Shown: positions 25,965 through 32,000 of the stretch, piece after piece | How positions within the stretch are numbered: the stretch's first letter is position 1 | How the letters are laid out: each line of letters starts with the position of its first letter | NCBI RefSeq assembly: GCF_018398935.1 | Contig: NZ_CP074694.1 | Location: 2,070,001-2,102,000 of the forward strand | Direction of reading: 5' to 3' | Length of the DNA: 32,000 bases | DNA from: Telmatocola sphagniphila | GTDB taxonomy: Bacteria; Planctomycetota; Planctomycetia; Gemmatales; Gemmataceae | The notes under the pieces: generated by a model | The model's input: only the letters and a program-made list of their open reading frames with translations | Database searches by the model: none | What the model was told of the DNA's origin: nothing | Translations under genes and position numbers: made by a program

Positions 25965-26558
25965 ATGCCAAAACGAACAGCCGCATCGATCATTGAGACT
26001 CTGGTGGTACTCGCCATTATCAGCGTTCTAGTGGGCTTCCTATTACCTGCAGTGCAATCGGCTCGCACCAAAGCACTGGAAACCGTTTGCAAAAATAATC
26101 TGCATCAGCTAGGCCTGGCGATCGCGGACTATGCTGAAACACAAACGAAGTTACCTCCTCCGGGAAATAGTCATCTCGTGGGCGGGTGGTCGATCGAGAT
26201 TCTTCCGTATATCGAACAAAAGAATCTATTCGAACGAATTCAGCCCGGGGGCACCATTCTGGCTGCCCCGGATTTTCTTCTCAGGCAACCCCGGATTTTC
26301 AGCTGCCCCGTAAGAATCGCTCATAATTCCACTAATCCGGGCTCAATGGATCCGTCTTGCTATATTTTCGTGCCGGACGCCAAGCGTAAAAAATTCAGCG
26401 TGTTTGATGCTCCGCTTGCGGTGAGTTTGCCCTGGGCGAGTGGACCAGAAATGTCGGAGGGGAGTATTCTTCCGCAGGTGGGTCCCCACAATCGGGGTTA
26501 CTTTCTTACCGCCGGATTCGACGGAGGCGTGGAATTCCGAGGGACGAATGCTCCATGA
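25965..26558 (+). CDS. DUF1559-family protein with prepilin-type N-terminal helix (197 aa)
   Basis: MPKRTAASIIETLVVLAIISVLVGFLLPAVQSARTKALETVCKNNLHQLGLAIADY is the characteristic planctomycete DUF1559 N-terminus (pseudopilin-like helix plus LLPAVQ.AR....C.NNL.Q.GLA). The ORF-track start at 25860 is probably too far upstream. Confidence 0.85.
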   Translation: MPKRTAASIIETLVVLAIISVLVGFLLPAVQSARTKALETVCKNNLHQLGLAIADYAETQTKLPPPGNSHLVGGWSIEILPYIEQKNLFERIQPGGTILAAPDFLLRQPRIFSCPVRIAHNSTNPGSMDPSCYIFVPDAKRKKFSVFDAPLAVSLPWASGPEMSEGSILPQVGPHNRGYFLTAGFDGGVEFRGTNAP

Positions 26559-26749
26559 ATACGCAACAAAATTACGGTTTAGGAAAGCTAGGAATGCAGC
26601 AAACCGTCCTGGTTAAAAAACCATGTCCAACTGTTATACGTGGATTTTTATATGTAAAGTCCTGCCCAAGATCGATCGGCGTAGTCCCCAAATTGGAATT
26701 CGAATCCCAGTCGACTGATACGATGATTGGATTTTGTAATTCGGCGCTT

Positions 26750-26789
26750 GGAATCACCTAAAAAATCGAAGCTCTTTCGCATTCAAGTC
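26750..26789 (+). repeat. 40-bp leader motif, copy 2 (orphan, with no gene behind it)
   Basis: See 25913-25952. It has the same orientation and lies 837 bp downstream. Confidence 0.6.
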
Positions 26790-27138
26790 ACTCGGCTATA
26801 GCTTTTCAAAAGCTCGCGGAGGCGTTCCTTGCAATTGATCTTTGACAAATCGATCTTGGAATGATCCTCAATTAGCATCTTTACGTTCCATTCTGTTTAC
26901 CCGACTGTACCCCAGTTTTCCCACCCGGAAAATCTGCCAATCCGGTTAACACTTGGGAGATATTTTGCAGTTCGAACAGTGTCACTCTCGCATGCCGCAA
27001 TGGACTCGAACTGGAGTGCCCTATCCCGCTTCGATTCTCAAATATGGTCTTAAAAGTACAGCAAAAAAAAGGCTTACATTCTGCTAGCCAAAATTACTCT
27101 CGCCGACTAGAGAATTTATCCCGAAGAGTGTCACGTTT

Positions 27139-27356
27139 GGGGAGCTTTCACTTTTCAGCGAAATAACGACCAAGAACGAGTTAACAGGTTGGTGAATCGT
27201 CGCTAGTCCCAATTTCGTTAGTTTTCCTAGAGTAGTTTGAGTTTTCCGCATCTTGTTCGCTTCTCTGGTTCGAAAATAGGAATTCGTGAACCACACTAGA
27301 ACTACCAGAACCCCCGATTCCGCTTCGCAACCTACATTTTATTTACGGAAACTCTC
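27139..27356 (+). repeat. Copy B of the diverged ~215-bp noncoding direct repeat (partner at 1061-1270)
   Basis: See copy A. The core is GGGGAGCTTTCACTTTTCAGCGAAATAACGACCAAGAACGAGTTAAC, with collinear anchors running to ACGGAAACTCTC at 27345-27356. Confidence 0.7.
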
Positions 27357-27398
27357 TTTCTCTCTAGGTACTCCTACCAAAGAGTGAACAAGGAGCAA

Positions 27399-27551
27399 AT
27401 GCTTATACGGCTATCGTTAGCGGCTGTATTGTACGTATTTTCTATTACTTTTCATCTGATTATTCTGAGTTACCATGATCGCCTGCCTCAGCAATGCACA
27501 TTGCTATGGTCGGTATTACGCCGCAGACAATGGTTGGTAAATTCGCGTTGA
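27399..27551 (+). CDS. Possible small hydrophobic protein (50 aa); weakly supported
   Basis: AAGGAG ends 3-4 nt before the ATG at 27399. My own translation is MLIRLSLAAVLYVFSITFHLIILSYHDRLPQQCTLLWSVLRRRQWLVNSR, with TGA at 27549-27551. There is no other support, and the SD spacing is short. Confidence 0.2.
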   Translation: MLIRLSLAAVLYVFSITFHLIILSYHDRLPQQCTLLWSVLRRRQWLVNSR

Positions 27552-28007
27552 AAGTGGCTACGTGATTTCTTTGAAGACATTTTGCTAGACCCGATACACC
27601 AAATCCGGTAAAGTTGACTCGAACTTAATGGACAGTCGCAGAGTTATCTTCATGAAGCGGGATCCTGGCTTCGAAATTTGTGATTAAAAATAACTTGCAG
27701 TCTAGAGCAAATTTCAGAATCTGTGGATGCTCTTAATGGGGGGCTCTGATGGATTGTGACCACCCTACATCAATCGGGAGAATAGATCGCAAGGAATTGG
27801 ATTACTGAGATAGGGAATTGAGTACTTCCAAGAGCACGAGATTACCATTCTGAAACAAAGTAAACATACCATGCCCCATTGATGTCCTCAAGATAGTGTC
27901 GTTTCTTGAGTGCCCGTACAAAATTGAAATCGGTCGACTATACATCTTTGATGTTCAAAATAACGAGAGAGCATTTAACCAACAACAATCTGGTGGAGGT
28001 GACTCGC

Positions 28008-29264
28008 ATGGCACGGATTCACAATAAGACTGTTGGCGATAATTGGGAAGTCTACACGGAATCATTCTTGAACGAAGTTGAAGATAAGACCCGCCTAACT
28101 TGGGATCGACAATTTTATGAAGAAGTCAACAACAACATACGATACTTAGATTTGGACATCAGTGATCAAACCGGGGAGAGGTTTGCAGTAGTGGAAGTTA
28201 AGTCGGGTTCGATCGAAGATCCCACACAGATCCAAGATCATATCCAGCTAGCCATCGATTCTACTTCTCAGATCTATGTACTTGTTACCCCTGATGGTAC
28301 ATGTTCCAACTTTGCTAACGATCAAGCCGTGATGCAAGAACTGCAATCCACTGATGTGCGACAGCTCATCGAGAACGGGACAGTTGTGTTTGACAATCCG
28401 TCTGGACAAGTCACAGTCGTCGTTGAGTCTCCAGAGAATTTGCCAGCACTTTTCGAAGGCCTATGTGATGGAAAAACTGCGGAAGAAGTGACTCGCGATA
28501 TTCGCGAACGAGAAAAATTATGCGAAGCTACCGAAAAAACCGAAGGCGAAGCTGCCGAAAAGGCTGAACGCGAAGCCGCCGAAAAAACCGAACGCGAAGC
28601 TGCCGAAAAAACCGAACGCGAAGCTGCCGAAAAAACCGAACGCGAAGCTGCCGAAAAAACCGAACGCGAAGCTGCCGAAAAGGCCGAACGCGAAGCTGCC
28701 GAAAAGGCCGAACGCGAAGCTGCCGAAAAAGCTGAACGCGAAGCTGCCGAAAAAGCTGAACGCGAAGCTGCCGAAAAAGCTGAACGCGAAGCTGCCGAAA
28801 AAACCGAACGCGAAGCTGCCGAAAAAACCGAACGCGAAGCTGCCGAAAAAACCGAACGCGAAGCTGCCGAAAAGGCCGAACGCGAAGCTGCCGAAAAAGC
28901 TGAACGCGAAGCTGCCGAAAAAGCTGAACGCGAAGCTGCCGAAAAAGCTGAACGCGAAGCTGCCGAAAAAGCTGAACGCGAAGCTGCCGAAAAAACCGAA
29001 CGCGAAGCTGCCGAAAAAGCTGAACGCGAAGCTGCCGAAAAAGCTGAACGCGAAGCTGCCGAAAAAGCTGAACACGAAGCTGCCGAAAAAGCTGAACGCG
29101 ATCAGACCGCGAGTGAGGAAGGTAGGGATCTAGGGGTTGATTTTAATCTTGAAGAACCTGCTAAAGAATCGATAGGCAGCGAAATGCATGAGGGTGGAAT
29201 TACTGAAACAGGATTTGGTTCTGATTTTCATGGCTGGTTCGGACATGAAGGAGATCATTGGTGA
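28008..29264 (+). CDS. PD-(D/E)xK nuclease-fold protein fused to a 192-aa tandem EREAAEK(A/T) repeat and an acidic/aromatic C-terminal tail
   Basis: GGAGG (27995-27999) lies 8 nt before the ATG at 28008. Alternative upstream starts are ATG 27951 and TTG 27906. The N-domain has E (WEVYTESF), D (IRYLDLDISD) and E-x-K (FAVVEVKSG), followed by Q..IQLAI, in the spacing typical of restriction-endonuclease-like folds. Next come 24 in-frame octads, then the tail ...GFGSDFHGWFGHEGDHW. Confidence 0.8.
   Translation: MARIHNKTVGDNWEVYTESFLNEVEDKTRLTWDRQFYEEVNNNIRYLDLDISDQTGERFAVVEVKSGSIEDPTQIQDHIQLAIDSTSQIYVLVTPDGTCSNFANDQAVMQELQSTDVRQLIENGTVVFDNPSGQVTVVVESPENLPALFEGLCDGKTAEEVTRDIREREKLCEATEKTEGEAAEKAEREAAEKTEREAAEKTEREAAEKTEREAAEKTEREAAEKAEREAAEKAEREAAEKAEREAAEKAEREAAEKAEREAAEKTEREAAEKTEREAAEKTEREAAEKAEREAAEKAEREAAEKAEREAAEKAEREAAEKAEREAAEKTEREAAEKAEREAAEKAEREAAEKAEHEAAEKAERDQTASEEGRDLGVDFNLEEPAKESIGSEMHEGGITETGFGSDFHGWFGHEGDHW
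28530..29100 (+). repeat. Tandem repeat, 24-bp unit x ~24 copies, in frame within the CDS
   Basis: The unit GAACGCGAAGCTGCCGAAAA(A/G)(ACC/GCC/GCT) repeats head to tail with no spacers. The only other substitutions are GGC (unit 1), GCC for GCT (unit 2) and CAC for CGC (unit 23/24). Confidence 0.95.
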
Positions 29265-29455
29265 GAATTTTATGAACTATCATGCATTAACTTCGACGCA
29301 TTCATAGAATCCTTGTAATCTTGGATAATTCGCAAAGTCGTGTGATCATGCCAGGCCGTATCTAAAAACGTACCGACAAATTACTGTAAATGTTTTATGG
29401 AAGAATAAAGAACATTTTTCTTAGTTATTATTAGTGATAACATTGAGGAATTCGC

Positions 29456-30493
29456 ATGGATAGTGTTAGTGAAAGTATTGCCATTTATAAATACATAGGT
29501 GATTATTTGAGTCTAGATAAAGAAAAGCAATTGCTATTTCTCAATCACATGACTGACGTCCGAAAGAAGGGTGGTCGCATCTACGGCCCGTCTTATACCA
29601 GCATTCTTCAGCTCAACACCACTGATCCCCGTGAATCTCTTGACATCATCGGAACTGCATTACTCAATCTAAAAGGAGGTGCATCATCAGAGTCGTACTG
29701 GCAAATCAAACGTAAACTCCATTCCGATCCGGTTAAACCAGGCAACTTCCGCTTTATGGCGTCGTGTCGCTACCTTTGGTTTCCTCACGGAGGATCGCTA
29801 GAAATGTCCTTCGGACGCCAAGATTTAATTGTGTCCGCAAGCCAGAATGAAAACGGTACTTCCACATCGTGTGAACTAACAAACCAGGACGAATGGGGAT
29901 TTACATTTGAGGTGAGTCGAATGGTGGCAGAACAATGTTGGAGATTGCTGCTTCCAGAAATAGTTCAAAGTGGAGCTCTGTCAGAGGTCGTGACTGTTCC
30001 GACATGGCCTCAAAAATTTGAACAATATCGAGTTCCGTATCTTTCAGCGCTTCCCGATTCTACAATGGGGCACCAGCACTTCGCCAAACAAGAATACTCT
30101 GAAGCTATTGCCTCTTACGATAAAGCCATTGCGATCAACCCTTATGACCCAATAAATTTCGGACACCGCGCTCAATGTCATTTCATAAAGGGACAATTAG
30201 ATCTCGCCTATATTGATGCTAGCATGTCAATGCAACTTAATCCGACTGATCCATTCAATTACTGGATGAGGAGTCAATGCTTAAGAAATAGCGGTAAACC
30301 CGATCTTGCAGTGGAAGATGCGGCAAAAGCAGTTCTGCTAGATCCCGCTAATCCCAATATGTTCATCGGGCGGGGCACCATCTTTCAAGATTTAGGAAAA
30401 ACAGAGGAAGCCAGAGCTGACTATAGGAAAGCACTTCAACTTGATCCCAGTTCGACTACAGCAACTACTTTGCTGATGAAACTTAACACGTGA
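29456..30493 (+). CDS. TPR-repeat protein with an unrecognised ~205-aa N-terminal domain (345 aa)
   Basis: GAGGA lies 6 nt before the ATG at 29456. The C-terminal third holds about four TPR units (HQHFAKQEYSEAIASYDKAIAINPYDP; ...MSMQLNPTDP; ...AAKAVLLDPANP; ...YRKALQLDPSS). The stop TGA at 30491-30493 is 2 nt before the next ATG. Confidence 0.85.
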   Translation: MDSVSESIAIYKYIGDYLSLDKEKQLLFLNHMTDVRKKGGRIYGPSYTSILQLNTTDPRESLDIIGTALLNLKGGASSESYWQIKRKLHSDPVKPGNFRFMASCRYLWFPHGGSLEMSFGRQDLIVSASQNENGTSTSCELTNQDEWGFTFEVSRMVAEQCWRLLLPEIVQSGALSEVVTVPTWPQKFEQYRVPYLSALPDSTMGHQHFAKQEYSEAIASYDKAIAINPYDPINFGHRAQCHFIKGQLDLAYIDASMSMQLNPTDPFNYWMRSQCLRNSGKPDLAVEDAAKAVLLDPANPNMFIGRGTIFQDLGKTEEARADYRKALQLDPSSTTATTLLMKLNT

Positions 30494-30495
30494 AC

Positions 30496-32000
30496 ATGGC
30501 AGAACGGAATAAAATCGTGGACACATCACCTAGTTCAAGCGTACGACCGATCCTTCTCGCAGTCTCGGAACAAATTCTCGAAGGAAAGATTACAGATGTT
30601 CTCAGTGCCTGCCGATTTGAAGGTATAAAAGTCCTCCGAGATTCGCGTTTTGCGACCGCTTACCGCAAATCGAAACGTGGAAACTCTGTTATTGGGTCCT
30701 GGGAAAAAGAATCCAGACTTGAACTCAACTGGGAACCCCAGTCGGACTTGGTCAAACTAAATGTTGTGGCGTATGACGCTGCTATTGGAAATCCCAAAAT
30801 TCTCGATACTGCAACTTGCAAGGAAATAACCGAAGCATTTCTGCGACTGGTTCAGCCTTCAATTTCACCAAGTTCAGAGGTTGTCCTGATGCCGGGGGAA
30901 AGCTCTCTTGGCCCGTCACGAGGTCCGATCAGAGATTATTCTCGTTGCGCACGAGAGGAAGAATTGAGTGATCTTTTCCACGGCGACCTACCTTTAGGAC
31001 GATACGCCTTTGGAAGAACACCACAAGCTTTGCGTCACGGCAAGCCACTTTTCCTTTCTCGTTTTCCGCACACAAACCAGCCGATGATATATAATGGCGT
31101 CCTTCTTTGCGCTCCACAAAATTCTGGCAAGACTGAACTATTGCTGACATGGGCAGCGGCTGCAAATCGTGCCGGATACTCTATTTTCATGATTGATGTG
31201 AAAGGCAATTTGAGATCCAAGCTGGATAGGTTTAAGAATACATGGCGAGGTGAATTATTCCACTTTTCCGTACGCCCTGGAATTGACTCAGCTCGACTCA
31301 ATTTTCTAGCTCCACTCGCATACGGCCAACCTTTAGACTCAAAAAGACTGGAAAGTCTTGCTGGAGCAATATTACCTGCTGAAGGATGGGACGGTGAAGG
31401 TGGTGAGGCGGAAATGTTCTATCAGAGCCGATTATTGCGACTAACGGCTTTTCTACATATACTCAAGTTCCGACACGATTACTGCTATAAGTACATAGCG
31501 AAACGAAATCCAAACGGAAGACCGGGCGATTATTACATACTTTCCGAGGGCACTGCTCCGGCCATCCCTAGTTTGTCAGAATTATATAATTTCGCGACCG
31601 ATGAAGAACTTGTTTGCTTCTGGATTAAGCGCATAGCGGAAGCAGAGAAATCTCTTGAAAGTCTGGGAAGAGGGAAGCTGCTACCAGAAAAAAGGGTTGA
31701 AATGTGGGCTCGCGATATTGCGCCAATCCTTCATCCTGATTACTTACCAGGTATAGGACAACGCCGGGATCCGAAAGTCGGTTATAGAGATCTGACTTAT
31801 GGCGTGGCACTTGCACTCCACCCATTTTCGGAAGGCGTATTATTGGAGAGAACTTCACCTTCTGGATCCGGTAAATTGTTTGATTTTCAAACGTTAAATC
31901 GCAGCAAAAATGAACATCCAGTAAGCTTATTGCTGGAAGTCGGGGAGGATGATCCGAAACAAGCCGCGGCTATAACTTCACTCACTGTACGCGCTCTGGA
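30496..32000 (+). CDS. VirD4/TraG-type (type IV coupling protein-like) P-loop ATPase with no N-terminal TM helices; 3' end outside the window
   Basis: My own translation is open from the ATG at 30496 to base 32000 (about 501 codons, no stop). That is why it is missing from the ORF track. GVLLCAPQNSGKTELLLTW (Walker A, nt 31111-31134), SIFMIDVKGNL and LFHFS......ARLNFLAPL mirror the VirD4/TraG pattern 'LLcAPTRSGKG....P.LLtW ... DiKGE ... FdP....s..yNPL'. The first ~190 aa are hydrophilic and unrecognised. Confidence 0.8.
   Translation, partial: MAERNKIVDTSPSSSVRPILLAVSEQILEGKITDVLSACRFEGIKVLRDSRFATAYRKSKRGNSVIGSWEKESRLELNWEPQSDLVKLNVVAYDAAIGNPKILDTATCKEITEAFLRLVQPSISPSSEVVLMPGESSLGPSRGPIRDYSRCAREEELSDLFHGDLPLGRYAFGRTPQALRHGKPLFLSRFPHTNQPMIYNGVLLCAPQNSGKTELLLTWAAAANRAGYSIFMIDVKGNLRSKLDRFKNTWRGELFHFSVRPGIDSARLNFLAPLAYGQPLDSKRLESLAGAILPAEGWDGEGGEAEMFYQSRLLRLTAFLHILKFRHDYCYKYIAKRNPNGRPGDYYILSEGTAPAIPSLSELYNFATDEELVCFWIKRIAEAEKSLESLGRGKLLPEKRVEMWARDIAPILHPDYLPGIGQRRDPKVGYRDLTYGVALALHPFSEGVLLERTSPSGSGKLFDFQTLNRSKNEHPVSLLLEVGEDDPKQAAAITSLTVRAL

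Noticed and set aside
26555-26761. 68-aa ORF whose ATG overlaps the DUF1559 stop (ATGA), together with its 61-aa antisense partner at 26572-26757
   Set aside because: It has no recognisable motif and no SD sequence, and both strands are open over the same AT-rich stretch. The ATGA overlap alone is weak evidence. I left it unannotated.
28518-29075. 185-aa minus-strand ORF encoding FGSFAFSFFGSFAF repeats
   Set aside because: It is a mirror-image artefact of the tandem 24-bp repeat. The plus-strand frame has the SD sequence, flanking domains and operon context.
28530-29100. Possible CRISPR array or satellite, because of the very regular short repeats
   Set aside because: The units are contiguous with no spacers. 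At 24 bp they are below typical CRISPR repeat length. They maintain one open reading frame that joins two protein domains. No cas genes are in the window.

Overview
This looks like an IS-riddled accessory region. Its gene content suggests a Planctomycetota-type genome (DUF1559 prepilin-like protein, ECF sigma plus Ser/Thr kinase pair, giant kinase-STAND-FGE protein), but that is only a taxonomic guess. Every functional call below comes from reading motifs by eye; no searches were run. From the left: the 3' part of a sliding-clamp-like gene, a small membrane ORF with a clean terminator, and a tRNA-like scrap. Next comes a ~26-kb mosaic bracketed by diverged ~215-bp direct repeats (1061-1270 and 27139-27356). 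The mosaic holds a 1515-aa kinase/P-loop/HEAT/FGE protein and a decayed composite-transposon-like unit (6163-16862). That unit contains a solo IS end, an IS66-like fragment, hsdM-hsdS without hsdR, an RND adaptor and permease, and a frameshifted ISL3-type IS. The mosaic also holds a DUF234-type ATPase, IS110/IS630/IS3 remnants, a sigma-factor fragment, an AbiEi fragment, an ECF sigma with a kinase-TPR protein, and a DUF1559 gene. Right of ~27.3 kb the GC content drops and a tightly linked plus-strand cassette begins. It encodes a PD-(D/E)xK nuclease fused to 24 tandem EREAAEK(A/T) octads (a predicted rigid single alpha-helix), a TPR protein, and a soluble VirD4/TraG-like P-loop ATPase that runs off the window. 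That cassette is my best candidate for an undescribed system.
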